Of a stretch of DNA of 64,000 bases, positions 49,719-63,158 are shown in pieces. Numbering within the stretch: the stretch's first letter is position 1; every line of letters begins with the position of its first letter. The notes under the pieces are model-generated. The model made no database searches and was not told the DNA's origin. It worked only from the letters and a program-made list of their open reading frames with translations. Both the position numbers and the translations under genes were made by a program. Source of the DNA: Octopus vulgaris (taxonomy: Eukaryota); contig OX597834.1 in NCBI GenBank assembly GCA_951406725.2, positions 23,250,001 through 23,314,000 of the forward strand, read 5' to 3'.

Positions 49719-51264
49719 TTAAATCATAATTGGTTTAGGAACAAATTAAAACCTTCCATCAAACTTTCATGTTAAATTATGTTCTAAAACATCAGCTTAA
49801 CAATGATAAAGTTATCTTACTAAATTCTTCACTATTTCCAAAATTAATTGAAACAAAGGCAGTGTATTCCATCAGAAATATGGTAAGTAAAGAGTTAAGC
49901 AGGAATTGTTAAGTGGATCCTTCTCTGCTTTCTTACAGAAAACGGTAAACATTTTGGTTCCCTGACAACTCACACATTTCTCTACCATTTTGATAACGAC
50001 CGTCTGAGACTGTCTCTGGTTCTATGATGCAGACTTCCTGTTTTAAAATGATCTAAATTAAAACCTTCCAGCAAAAATTTCATGATAATTTATGTTCCTA
50101 ACATCAGCTTAACAACAGTAAAGTTATTATTTGATAGCTTCCTTCCTCAAAAGAAGAGAGGGGGAAGGGCAGGAAGCAGAGTCCTTGGAATTTTAGAAAA
50201 ATTTCCTTTTTAAAGTCTGAAAGTAGCCTTGTTTCACTTTGCAAAATCTCTTTTGGGAGGCCTTCATTGCATATCTAAAATCTGGTTACTCAGAGTTGCC
50301 TTGGGGCTACAAAACAATAACATTATGCTGTTTGTAACTGTTGATTTAACTTTTGTCAATGCCCTGCTACATTCACACAGCTTATTGTCTTTGTCTGGGA
50401 CCTTGGAGAGGCCCAATGATGGGATATGTAGAACAGTGAAACTACTCCCTCATTTTGTTGAAAGACCCATCTGTGACTCACATTAATCTTATTGCAACTT
50501 TATAACACTTTTACCTCTATTTTTTCATAATCCTGTGGAACTAATTGACCTTTACAACTGTGCCTGCTACATCCCATGGTACACAAAAGGTCTGGGGCAA
50601 AGCTCTACACAGTTATGGAATGGAAATGTGCCTCCCAACTAGTAATTCCCTGTGCTGTACTAGTCACTGTTTAGCCCCGGGCCAAGCCCTGATTCAGAAA
50701 ATCTATCAGTCAGAGGCATACCAGTCACTAACATTCTGTCTTTTTCGTACATCTACAGCTACAGTGTCTGATGTTGCCTTCCTTTCTAAAGATGGTGGGG
50801 TTTGATCTCTTATTTCTAGCAGACTAAATGATTATGTACCACCTCCATCGCTTCCCATTAAGCCAACCTCTATTCTAGTTGAGTACCCAGCTGTTGTTTG
50901 TCCTTAGAATTCTCCCATTTGTTGCCTGCTTTACATCTGTTATCTCCCATCTCTGTGAAAACAATAAAATAATACAATTTTATCAAAATAACCCTTTCGA
51001 AGCTCTATGTATAAAACCCATACTGCTCTTTCTATGGCTTATCAAGGGATTATGGACACTTCAGAGATTAATTTAATGATAGGATACAAACAGTCAACAT
51101 CCACTCCCCTTGCTTTTTTCCCAAGCTAGTCCCTCTTGAAGCCATGCAGTTCCTAAGAAGTCAATACCCTGATTTTGTACTTATTTCTGTTACCCAAATA
51201 AATGAAATCCTTCACCCTTATTCCTTATGAAATTGTCTCAATGTTGTTGTTTTTGTAATTTCAG

Positions 51265-51363
51265 GGTGGCGCTGATAAGTTCCTTGCTGTAAAGAAAAAA
51301 CCCACAAAAGACGAGAATGGATTGATTTCTTTGTATGATGCTGCCATGTACCTGATGGAACAG
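51265..51363 (+). CDS. HERC1: HERC1 coding exon 2
   Basis: GGADKFLAVKKKPTKDENGLISLYDAAMYLMEQ; tttcag|...|gtgggt, phase 0 to 0. Confidence 0.9.
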
Positions 51364-52424
51364 GTGGGTAGATGCAAGGGTGTGTGGGTGGTTAGGTTTA
51401 AAATTTGTGTGTGTGTGTGTGTGTGTGTATGTATTACTCATGTTCATTTCACTGGAGGTCGAGAGCTTCAGCATGTTCTCCCTACCCAACCACTGTCTGA
51501 TGCGTAGGCTGTGAATTTGAGCTTCAGATGAGATCATACTGCTACATTCACTCAATATGGTTTGCCAGAAGCTGTGTGTGTAAATATTTCAAGACATTTT
51601 GTAGCCTTTATAAGGACATGTGGATTTACCAAAGTGAGGATTAACCTAGTATAGTAAATTTAATTAACTGGAATTCATCTACACTCCTGAGGTCAGCCAG
51701 CATTTTTAACCAATAAGAGTGAGCACAGTACCCATTAGGATTATAAATCCCTCTTAACCTTTCTTGGAAATTTACTTCTGTGTGTGTGTATGTGTGTGTG
51801 TATGTGTGTGAATGTATATGTATTTATATATGTGTGTGTCTGTGTGTGTATATGTATGTATATATATATTTATATGTATGTGTGTATATGCATATAGATA
51901 CACACACACATGTATATAGTCCCTACATATTTTTCTCTCTCCATTTTTTCTTTATCTCTCCATTCCTTTTTCCTCTCATTCCTTGCTGTCAAAGAGCATA
52001 GGCATGAAACGTCAAAGACTTTTCCATTCTTCCTGAGCATAAAACTAATACATCTGCTTGTTGTTCTTTCACCAATCTTTGTCTTTTCTCTTCTATAAAT
52101 TTGAACTATATATATACATACATACACACACACACACATATAAACTTATATATATATATATATATATATATAAGTATATACATATATATATATGTATATA
52201 TGTATAAAGGAAGCAGGAAGTAGGTGTGTGTGTAGTTCGCTGGACCTTGCGATGTCAAGCCGTAATTAAGGCGTAGTAGGACAATGGAGTCAACGGTGAT
52301 TTGTATATATTCCTTAACGTTACCCTTAAGTTATTTTTACTTTGTAAATTTTTAATTGTTATCATTCGTATCATTTCTAAATTTTTTGTCATCTATTATT
52401 GTTTTGTGTTTATTTCTGTGGCAG

Positions 52425-52625
52425 GTTTACCACTTGGCTGTGCATTATGCAAGTACGTGCATGAGTCCCGATGAAAACCGCAATACAGAAGGTAACTCAT
52501 CTGTATTTGGTGCCAACTGTGAGGTGTATGTGTGGGGCAGTAATAGCAGCCACCAGCTGGGAGAGGGCAGCCAGGAGAAGGTGACCACTCCGAAATTAAC
52601 ATCAGCTTTTGGAGATTGTCAACAG
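52425..52625 (+). CDS. HERC1: HERC1 coding exon 3 (start of RCC1-like domain 1)
   Basis: VYHLAVHYASTCMSPD...CEVYVWGSNSSHQLGEGSQEKVTTPKLTSAFGDCQQ. Confidence 0.95.
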
Positions 52626-53134
52626 GTAAGTCATCATAGTGGTAGTAGTAGTAGTAGTAGTGTTGCTGCCACTGTCTTTGTTGTCTTTTTCATCGTATTC
52701 ACTAATGTTATCATTAACATCATCATCATCATTACTGCCATCATGCATCATCATCATGGTCATCAGTGCCTTAGTCATCATTGCCATTACTATCCTCATC
52801 ATCATCGGGGAAAAATACCCTGTGGTATTTGTTCCAACTCATTACAGTCTGAATTTAAACTCTCGCCAAGGTCAGTATTTCCTTTCATCCTTTTTGAGGG
52901 TCATTAAAATAAAGTACCAGTTGAGTACTGGGGTCAGTGTAATCAATCTTCTTCCTCCTCTCAAATTCCTAGCATGGTGCCAAAATTATGTTCTGAGTTC
53001 AAATTCCACCAAGGTCGACTTTGCCTTTCACCCTTTCGGGTTTGATAAAATAAGTACCAGTTGAACACTGGGATGACTGCAATCAACTAGTCCCCCACCC
53101 CCAAATTTCAGGCCTTGTACCTATAGTAGAAAGG

Positions 53135-53169
<35 letters not shown>

Positions 53170-53589
53170 GGTGGCGAGTTGGCAGTATCGTCAGCACGCT
53201 GGGAGAAATGCTTAGCGGTATTTTGTCTGTCTTTACGTTCTGAGTTCAAATTCCGCTGGGGCCAACTTTGCCTTTTGTCCTTTTGGAGTTGATAAATTAA
53301 GTAACAGTTGTGTACTGGGGTCAATCTAGTCAACAGGCTCCTCCCCCAAAATTTCAGGCCTTGTGCCTAGAGTAGAAAAGATTGTTGTTGCTATTATTAT
53401 TATTATTATTATTATCATTATCATCATTATTATTAAGGCGGCGAGCTGGCAGAATTGTTAGCACACCGGGAGAAATGCTTTGTAGCATTTCGTCTGTCTT
53501 TACGTTCTGAGTTCAAATTCTACTGATTATTATTATCATTTATTGAATTAAAATTAAAATTGTCTTATTTCTATTTTTATTTTTATTTA

Positions 53590-53639
<50 letters not shown>

Positions 53640-53813
53640 ATATTATGATTATTATTATTATTAGTACCAGTTACGCACTGGAGTCGATGTAATCGACTTA
53701 ATCCCTTTGTCTGTCCTTGTTTGTCCCCTCTATGTTTGGCCCCTTGTGGGCAATAAAGAAATATATTATTGTTATTATTTTCACCATCATCATCATTATT
53801 ATTATCTTCTCAG

Positions 53814-54045
53814 ATTGAAGCTGGCCAGTTTTGCACGTTTGTTGTCCACAATGAAGGATCAGTAGCTGCCTGTGGTAAAGGAAGTTATGGGCGTTTGGGG
53901 CTTGGAGATTCCAGCAACCAGGCTGTCCCAAAGAAGCTGACCTTTGACCCGAAATCTCAAATTAAAAAGATCTCGTCATCCAAAGGATCAGATGGTCACA
54001 GTTTAGCAATGTCAACAGATGGACAGGTTTTCAGTTGGGGAGATG
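53814..54045 (+). CDS. HERC1: HERC1 coding exon 4
   Basis: IEAGQFCTFVVHNEGSVAACGKGSYGRLGLGDSSNQ...SSKGSDGHSLAMSTDGQVFSWGD-G. Confidence 0.95.
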
Positions 54046-54099
54046 GTAAGTCTTTTAGTTGACCTTACACACACACACACATAAATATAACTGGTCTGT

Positions 54100-54760
54100 T
54101 TTGATTAAAATATGTTCCTGTAAGTCATGGGTACTCTGCTGTTTTTTGATTTTATATGCATATCCATGGGTGATTGAGATATTTAATTTAAAAAGGTGGC
54201 CAAAGTTATTGGAAAGATGGTGGATGATCTTGCAGGATTCTACCAAGTCAGCTGCTAAATGTCAAAACTTTAGTTGAGCTGATGCATGTGTCAGAAGTAA
54301 AATTTGGTGAATTTCAGGAAGCATGGAATTTTTCAAGGATGCAGTGTTCTGACAGCTAAAAAGCAATGCTGTAAGTTTATTCCTTGCTTCAACCATTCCG
54401 AGCATGAAAAAATGTTCCTGCTAGTCATAGGTGCTGCACCAGTATTTGATTTTATAAGCATGTCTATGGGTGGTAGAGATGTCGTATTCAGAAAAGTGGC
54501 TAAAATTGTTGCAAAGATGGTGGATAATTTTGTGGGCTTCTACCAAGTCTGTTACTAGACATTGAAACTCTAGTGTGTCATTGTCAGAGAAGCGATACGT
54601 TGAAGACAGAGGGTATTTGCCTGGTTGCATATCTCCGGAAGGCTTCCAAGAGATTGTTATGCTGGACAAGATATGGATTCCAGACTGCAGATACAGAATA
54701 ACTGTGGACTTATTACAACTATATAGACCTTTCAACAGATAACTAGCATGATAACTGAGT
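54100..54760 (-). mobile_element. Degraded CR1/L2-clade LINE fragments
   Basis: Diverged versions of DLVEAHKIIHHL...HAYKIK in two adjacent pieces. Confidence 0.65.
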
Positions 54761-55033
54761 GATGCTAAAACACCTTAAGCCATTCGGCTGATTTTAGAAA
54801 TATGGCTCATCAAATGTAGATCATAGTTGACAATGATGCTGAGCTCACATTCATCAATAGACTTTTTAAGGTTGGTATTGTGAAGGGAGGAGGTAAATTA
54901 CTGGGGTTTTTGTTTCCTCCCAAAATGTGGAATGGGGTAATTGGCAATCATTAATTCATTCCTGCAAATGTGTAGATGTTTTAGGCTAAATTGTGTTGTA
55001 TAATACATAACTTGTATATAGTATATTATATAT

Positions 55034-55410
55034 GGAGGCACAATGGTCCAGTGGTTAGGGCAGCGGACTTGCGGTCATAGGATCACGGTTTCGATTCCCA
55101 CATTGGGTGTTGTGAGCGTTTATAGAGCGAAAACACCTAAAAGCTCCACGAGGCTGTAGTAGGGGGTGGTGACAAACTCTGCTGTACTCTTTCACCACAA
55201 CTTTCTCTCACTCTTTCTTCCTGTTTCTGTTGTACCTGTATTTCAAAGGGCCAGCCTTGTCACACTCTGTGTCACGCTGAATCTCCCCAAGAACTATGTT
55301 AAGGGTACATATGTCTGTGGAGTGCTCAGCCACTTGCATGTTAATTTCACGAGTTGGCTGTTCCATTGATCGGTCCAACTGGAACCCTCATCATCATAAT
55401 TGACAGAATG
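55034..55410 (+). mobile_element. tRNA-derived SINE family C (relatives at 4790-4935, 18765-19045, 60565-60855)
   Basis: A box TGGTCCAGTGG and B box GGTTTCGATTCC, followed by a shared body ...CTCAGCCACTTGCATGTTAATTTCACGAG...CTGGAACCCTC. Confidence 0.8.
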
Positions 55411-55751
55411 CTACAATATCGTATATAACATATCTAGTGTATAATACATGTTTAGTATAACTTGTGTATAGAATATTTGGTTGTTGTTTAGCCCTGGGTC
55501 AGACCTGATCCAACTATTCTTTGATAAAAGCCATCTCACAGTGATCAGATATAGCATGCCTATGACTATATTTTCCAATATGGTCTTAAAAAAAATAAGT
55601 GGGGTGTAAGTTGAGTTAGATTTGACTGCTATTTCTAATGGGTCATAGTTGTCCATGTAGATAGCCCCTCACTCGTTCCAAACATCCTTGCTTTTGGTGT
55701 AGAAATGTCTTGTAATATATCTGCCTGCTTCTACCATTTCTTCTTTGACAG

Positions 55752-55831
55752 GCGACTACGGTAAACTTGGACATGGAAACACAGTGTCCCAGAAATATCC
55801 CAAACTGATTCAAGGACCATTGAGTGGCAAA
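55752..55831 (+). CDS. HERC1: HERC1 coding exon 5
   Basis: (G)DYGKLGHGNTVSQKYPKLIQGPLSGK|gtaagg; phase 1 to 0. Confidence 0.95.
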
Positions 55832-56257
55832 GTAAGGCATTTTTCTGATGCTCCTTCTCTCTCTCTCTCTCTTACACACACACACACGCACACAAACACA
55901 CGTTCTTTCTGTGTTTGTACTTTGGTGTTGAACATTGATAGACTTTTCTCTGAAAGCCATCTTACTGATAGAGTTTCAATTCCCCATTTTTAGTTGTTTC
56001 ACTTCATTGACTTCACATTTTCCTTTTCTCTTGTGGCTTGAAACAATCGATTCTTCTCACTCACTATATCTTCTACACTTTCTTTCTTCTCTGAAATATG
56101 CCATAAAAGAAACTGAAAAAAATTCATTCTTTGACACAATGACAAAGCTAAACTAACTTTTTTTTGCCTTCTGAATTTATATAAATATATATGCGCATGT
56201 GTGTGTATGCATATGTATATATATGTGTATGTGTCTATATGTATGTGTATATATATA

Positions 56258-56440
56258 TAGTTAATCCAAACAAGAAAACACAGAAAAAAAGAAAAAAAGA
56301 GAAAAAACGCAGGACGTGGAACAATTAAAGTATTATTGACGCTCAGGAAAGAAGGGAAGGAGGGTTTAACGTTTCGAGCGGAGCTCTTCGTCGGAAACAA
56401 GGAGAAGGAAAGATCCCAAGGAGGGAAGACAGAGGAGACA
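56258..56440 (-). mobile_element. Penelope-like terminal fragment with variant hammerhead motif (56364-56398)
   Basis: Minus strand GTTT-CCGACGA-A-GAGC-TCC-GCTC-GAAA-C-GTT-AAAC. Confidence 0.65.
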
Positions 56441-57211
56441 ATATTTGAGCTGGTGGTGCTTAAGAGATCACATGTTGAAAAGAACAGAATTTGGAGGGTA
56501 CATACACCCACGCATGCACAATAAACCCTCAATTCAATGGACACAGATTTAATAGATTTTGAATTTAACAAACAAATAATAATAATAATAATAATGGCAA
56601 TACTTTCTGCTATAGGTACAAGGCCTGAAATTTGGTGAAGGGGACAAGTCCTACCATCGGCCTTTATTACTTTACTGGTACTTCATTTTATCGATCTTGA
56701 ATGGATGAAGGGTAAAGTTGCCCTCAGCAAGATTTGAACCCAGAACATAAAGAACTGAAGAAATGCCACTAAACGTTTGCTCGATTGCTGCAACAATTCT
56801 GCCAGTTTGGTCATGGCACAAAACTCTTCAACTACATTGATAAAAGGAGATATGAAAAGACAACATATTATTTTTACATTGTAATTCAATATGTTCTAAG
56901 ATCAAAGGTTCAACTTCCTGGTTGGGCAACGCATTGTGTTCTTGAGCAAAACACTTCATTTCACATTGATCCAGTCCCCCCTTCAATGAGGGGGAATGTT
57001 GACCTGCTTGCCTAGCCAGTGGGGTGGCATCATTTAAAGGCTAAACCAATGCAAAATGCATTGTGACCAGTGATGTGTAACAACATCCTGGTTGGTCACA
57101 TGTTGTGATATTGTGTCTTAGCCCTTAGGAAACGACAAGGTCAATCCATCTGCTGAAAAGTTGAATGACAAAGATTGTATTAGTTTATTCAATTTCCTAC
57201 AAGAATATAAA

Positions 57212-57515
57212 TCTTTATATATAAAACTGAAGTTGTGTGAGAGTCTGTCTCCTCCGATTTAGATTCCTAACTACTCCCACATTTTGCGGTGCAGTTTAAC
57301 CAAAAGTGGGTATCTTATAGTCATGATTCATATTGAGCCCTTCTGGGTATTAGCGCGCATCTACAATGAGTCTACGATTTTAAAAAAAATTTACCATCAT
57401 TTTTTCGTTTTTTAATGCATTTTTTGCTTGGTTTATATAAGGGAAGTAACTTTCTAAAAATGCTTATATAGTTATTTCCCTTACAAACCCAAGCAACGCT
57501 GGGTGATGCTGCTAG
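57212..57515 (+). mobile_element. Complete non-autonomous Helitron (304 bp)
   Basis: 5' TC after A, 3' CTAG before T, subterminal hairpin CCC(A)AGC-AAC-GCTGGG, no TSD. Confidence 0.8.
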
Positions 57516-57814
57516 TAGTTTTATATATGTAAAGTAACTACTTTATTCTTAAAAATTTTTTTTTTTGAAAAATAAATGTATGCCTTTTGTAGGGTTTGTG
57601 AAAAGGGCTCTGTCTTCTTGGCCCTGAAAATGCAAATGAGGCTCCGTCTCCAAAGGGTTAATGTATTTTGTGTTAAAGCTTTAGCCTTTACATTAAGAAA
57701 AAAATATAAAATATTGACGCCTAGGTATGGCTGAAGTGGGGATAAAAGAGTCATTAGGTCAAATGGTAAGGATAGGGGGTAGTTGTGTCTTTTTTCTTTT
57801 GTTGCTGTTTATTT

Positions 57815-58083
57815 TATAATAATAATAATAATAATAATAATAAAACATTGTGTACAGTGCTCAGATGCACTACAACTCATCTAAAGTGTATGTATAGTAC
57901 ATAGGGTAATGTACAAGCGTCAGGAAAAGAACTGCATGAGTCATGACATACACATGTGTATGAGTATGGAAGGGGGACAATCAGGTGTAGTTTCGGCGGA
58001 TTTCGGAAAGCATGAGGGCCTTAAAGGATGCAGTGTCATGGCAGTCAACAACTGACGCAGGCAGTTTGTTCCATGCTTCAGCA
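57815..58083 (-). mobile_element. CR1/L2-clade LINE 3' fragment, long-3'UTR variant
   Basis: Matches 929-1100 apart from an extra 83 nt at 57897-57979. Confidence 0.85.
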
Positions 58084-58698
58084 GCGACGGTGACAGTAAC
58101 ACAGTGTTTTGTTGAATAGTTTTTCAATTTGGCAACTGTAGGGGAGAACAGGAGTGGTGGTGGTGGTGGTGTTGATAGAGACTGGGATAGATTCTAGAAG
58201 CATATTGTTCTGGGGAAGAAGGATAGGATATAGGGGTTAGTGTGGAGTTTGGTGGTGAGGGAGATGGAAGGATAGACACTATATGGTAACCACAGTAAAT
58301 GAGAGATGTAGGGTGTTAAGGTCGAGGGCTGAGAGAGAGGTAGTGGGTGGTATGAGGACTGATATGGATTAGTTAGGGAGATGGGTGGCTGATGTGAGAG
58401 ATGGTGAGTAGAGCATCAAGGAGCCGGAACAGGGTTAGCCTTTTGGTACAAGTGTACCAGTGTCTGGCACAGAAACACACAGTTCAGAAGTAAATCAGAT
58501 GAAAGGCAAGGTGCACAAGGAATCAGAAAGAGTATAGGTGAGTGTTCAGATTGAGAAGGATCAAGGAAAACTGAAGGTGGGTGTTGATGCCATGGAGGGT
58601 ATAAGTTCTTAGTTGGAACATGAATGTTTCTCCTCCTTCTCTATCTCTACTCACGTCTCCGCCCCCTACCTTCATCGCATTTCTTTTTATTGTTTCAG

Positions 58699-58795
58699 GC
58701 GGTCAAGTGTGTGTCTGCTGGTCATCGTCATAGTGCCTTTGTGACTGAAGATGGAGAACTGTACACCTGTGGTGATGGAGATTATGGACGATTGG
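58699..58795 (+). CDS. HERC1: HERC1 coding exon 6
   Basis: [33 protein letters not shown]; 97 nt. Confidence 0.95.
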
Positions 58796-59215
58796 GTAGG
58801 TGTTATAGCTTCATGTTGGAGAGAGAGGAAAAGAGAGAGACCAGTAATAAAAAAGGGGGCAAGAGAAAGCTACATGAAGAGACCATGTAGACTTTGCTCT
58901 TTGCTACACTTCTTTCTATCAGTGTATTTGAATAGTTATCCATCTATCTAATTTTTGTCTGTCTGTCTATCTCTCTGGCTATTTTTCTATCTATTTGCCT
59001 ATATTTGTAGCTATTCTTCTGTCTGACTATCTAGCGAGCTGATTGTTTTTTTTTTATCTGTTTGTGTCTGTCTGTCAAGCTGTTTCTCCATATACAGATA
59101 GTGAAATATATGTATATTTCCCTATCTGTCTGTTGAGCTAGCAAGTTATTTTTCTTCCTGTCTGTCTGTCTGTCTCTCCCTTGGTTTATATTTTATTCAT
59201 TCATTTGTTTTATAG

Positions 59216-59359
59216 GACATGGTGACAGCAACAGTAAGAACGTACCAACATGCATCAAAGATGTTTCTGGAGTCGGCCAGGTAGCCTGTGGCAGTTCACA
59301 CACCATTGCTGTGTCCCAAGATGGTAAAACAGTTTGGTCGTTTGGCGGCGGAGATAATG
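59216..59359 (+). CDS. HERC1: HERC1 coding exon 7
   Basis: (G)HGDSNSKNVPTCIKDVSGVGQVACGSSHTIAVSQDGKTVWSFGGGDN-G; 144 nt. Confidence 0.95.
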
Positions 59360-61069
59360 GTTAGTCTGTTGAAATTTTTGTGAAAGAAATGAAAGAGGAG
59401 AAAGAAGAAAGAGAGGGAGTGTGTAAGAGGGAGAGAGAGAGAGAGGGGATGTGTGCGTGTATTGCTTCATGTTGGCAGGGTGTGGACTAATACGAGATAC
59501 TGCATCTCTAAATGTGTCTCTGTGACTCAACATTGTAGTTTTTACACACCACCTGATATATATATATATATATATATATACAAAATAAGAAAATGGAGGA
59601 ATAGATTTCTATCAATCATCAACTACTAGATAATACCAATTCATATAATTTATTAACTAATTATTCAGGAACATCCAGATCAAACAGAATAATACAGAAT
59701 AAAACAGTACACATCAATGAGTAAGATAATACCATAAGAACAATACATATAAATATAAAATGGATTGGGTACTTTACTGGCAGTATATTGGATAAATGTT
59801 ATCCCATAGTGGGTTACACTCACAACCCCTATCTCACTTTATATATATATATATATTTTCATCTTATGCATATTCTTTGCATAAAGTTTCAAGTTATCCA
59901 CAAAGAAGCTGTGTAATTTTGGCATTTCTGTTTCCTTGTGAACCAGTGAGATATCCTTCAGACTTCTTAACATGAATGACAAGGGTTTACAAAAAGTATA
60001 AACATCACCATAGAGAGGTTGTCCCCTTGGAATTTGCCTTTGCGATACTGTATTCTCTCAGTGATAATACTGTCACTCTTTGTGTTTAATTTCAAGATGG
60101 AGGACCCACGATGTATGTATGTCTGTCTGTCTGTCTGTCATTATTCAGATTTATTTCAAGACTTCTTGCCAGTAGAGAAAGAACCAGTTTCTAACCTAGA
60201 TTCAAGGCTCCTTCATTGGAATTTCAACATCAACAGCAGGGTGTTTTTTTTTGTTTCTTTCTTTCTTTGTATGTATGCATGCAACTAACTAACTCAATGA
60301 AATGAAAGGACTTGCTCAGTCCATTCTCCTTGGTTATAATTATATCTAGTTTTCTATATTTACCTTTCCTCATGTATTACTGCTATACACCATTACAAAT
60401 CTTACACACACTGTATACACTTCGCTACTTCCACTAACTTCTCTGTCACCACCATACACACATACGTTCTACAACTGAATCCTGCACTCCTACATGTTTA
60501 TTCGTTTATTTACTTCATGTGTCAAGGCCAATAACAATGGCCCTGCCATCAGCTTCAGTGACACTGGTTCCAGTTGATCCGACCAACAGAACAGCCTGCT
60601 CGTGAAATTAGCATGCAAGTGGCTGAGCGCTCCACAGACATGTGTATGTTTAATGTAATTCTCAGAGAGATTCAGTGTGACACAGAATATGACAAGCTCG
60701 GCCCTTTTGAATTACTGGTACAACTCATTTTTTGCCGGCTGAGTGGACTGGAGCAACGTTAAATAAAGTCTCTTGCTCAAGAAGACAGTGCATCGTCAAG
60801 AATTGAACTCACGATTTTATGATCATGAGCTGAATACTGTAACCACTTAGCCACACTTTACTGTGTCAAAGCTGCACAGACACACACACACACATGCACA
60901 TACACACACACACACATACATCTACACTTGCATGCATGTTCACACATGCACATACACATGCACACACATATGCACACGCGCATGTGCACACACATGCATA
61001 CACACACACACATGCTACGCATGACTAATCTGCTGCCCCCTACATCCCTGTCTGTTTCTCTGTTTGTAG

Positions 61070-61197
61070 GAAAGTTGGGACATGGAGACACCAATCGCCT
61101 CTATAAGCCAAAAATCATTGAAACTTTCACTGAGTTTTACATCCGGAAAGTCGTTTGTGGGACGCAGTCTTCGTTAGCATTGACATCTTCTGGACAG
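61070..61197 (+). CDS. HERC1: HERC1 coding exon 8
   Basis: (G)[42 protein letters not shown]; 128 nt. Confidence 0.95.
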
Positions 61198-63158
61198 GTG
61201 AGGGTGTCTTTAATAATTACCTTTAATTAAATCTACTCTGTCTTTACCTCTCTTAATAACTGAAGTTCATCCACAGTTTTAGCAACAGGTGTGGTAAAAC
61301 CTGTTGTAAGGATGTCATAGTTGTTGTTTAGCCCTGGGTCAGTTCTGACCTATGATCAGACTCATTCCAACCATGCCCATCCTGTTTTGTTTTTTTATAC
61401 GATGGACCATGTTATCCAACATGTCCTTCCTTTCAAGATAGTGGTGAATGGTTTGAGAGAGATTTGGCTGCTATTTCTAACAGGATGAACAACCACATAG
61501 TGGCTGTATTATTTCCTTTGCTGTGTTAATGTTTTAATTTCTTTCACAGGTTGCTGGGGCTTGGATATGTGAATGAGGGAGGGAAATAAGATTATGTGAA
61601 TTTACTGGTAGACTGAAACCATCAGCTGGGCTTGTGGTGCCTTTAGCAGAGTCAACTCTGTTGGTGAGATGGATTAGGGCTCACTTGACCCTTTAACATG
61701 CAGATTACTCTCTCAAATGTAATGCTTATTTATTCACACTGTCTTGAATTAATCATGCAGTATCTTGTCATTTCGAGATTTCAGTGATGAGACATTTTAT
61801 TTTCAGAATGATATTGTAGGGTAGGTGTGAGAGACTGGATCTGGCTGGTTTGAACATAAAATACGTAGATTCTTTTGCTCTGATCTGGTTGGTTTAAATG
61901 TTAAACTAGGACATCCCAAACTTGTTACATTGGCAAAAAAAAATCGTTTTCCAAAATGAAATTTTTCATGAGATATTAAGTTTTGTTAACAATTAAATAT
62001 CGTATCAAATGTCGCTTCCTGTACCTTGAGAGCATGCTCTGTTACTATGTCACCACCACCTTTATTCCTCTTCCCAGCTACTCCTACCCATCGTTATATG
62101 ATGCAGGGTAGTCATGTATCTACTTGACAACATGACCAGGTGCACCTGTGCTGGTGCTGTGTAAGCGCACCCATACTGGTGGTACATAAATGGCACCCAC
62201 CACCACTCTGTTAAGTGGTTGGCGTTATGAAAAGCATCCAGCTGTAGAAACCATGCCACAATAGACAATTGGAGTCTAGACAGTTCCCAGCTGGCCAGCT
62301 TCTTTCAAACTGTCCAACTCATGCCAGCATGGAAAATGGACGTTGTTGATGATGGTGATGATATCTGTTCCCGTCCGTCTATCATACTTTAGCTTCTCCA
62401 CACCTGGCACAAAGCTACCTCCCTCTCTACTACACCCTTACTCAGATGAGGGGTCTTTTTCTTTGTCTTACAAGTAACTTGTTGACCTCACTAGCACTGT
62501 ACCCAGTACACTATAAAGTGGTTGGCATTAGGAAGTGGTTGGCGGCGAGCTGGCAGGGCGAAATGCTTAGCGGTATTTCGTCTGCCTTTACGTTCTGAGT
62601 TCAAATTCCACTGAGGTCGACTTTGCCTTTCATCCTCTCGGGGTCGATTAAAGAAGTACCAGTTACTTAATCCGTTTGTCTGTCCTTGTTTGTCCCCTCT
62701 GTGTGTAGCCCCTTGTGGGCAGTAAAGAAATAATTAGGAAGGGCATCAAGCTGAAGAAACCATGCCAAAGCAGACATTGGAGTTTAATGCAATTCTCTGA
62801 CTCATAGAATCCTGTTGCACCATCAAAGCCAATATGGAAGACTGGCATTGAAGACAATTGTTCCCAGTCTGTTGATAGATGGCTCTCTAACTTCCTGTGG
62901 TGCCTCATACAACAGAAACCCATAAATGGGATTTTCATCATCCCTTTACCTACCTCCTCTCCCTTCCACCAGTTTGAGACACCCCGAAAAAGGTTATTGC
63001 CACTCCCCTTCATTCTGCAATGAGATTTGATAGAATTAATAAATATTTGACTGTTGTTTCTAGTGAATGGACTAATTCCACAGTGGCTGTCTTGTTGACT
63101 TGTAAAACTCTACTCCATTCTCTCTAATTATCGACAATGTTGTGCTTTTCTTTTACAG

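Noticed and set aside
55034-55105. tRNA-like sequence with A and B boxes
   Set aside because: No complete cloverleaf, and it runs straight into a multi-copy SINE body; it is a SINE head. The same applies to the heads at 9015 and 12417.
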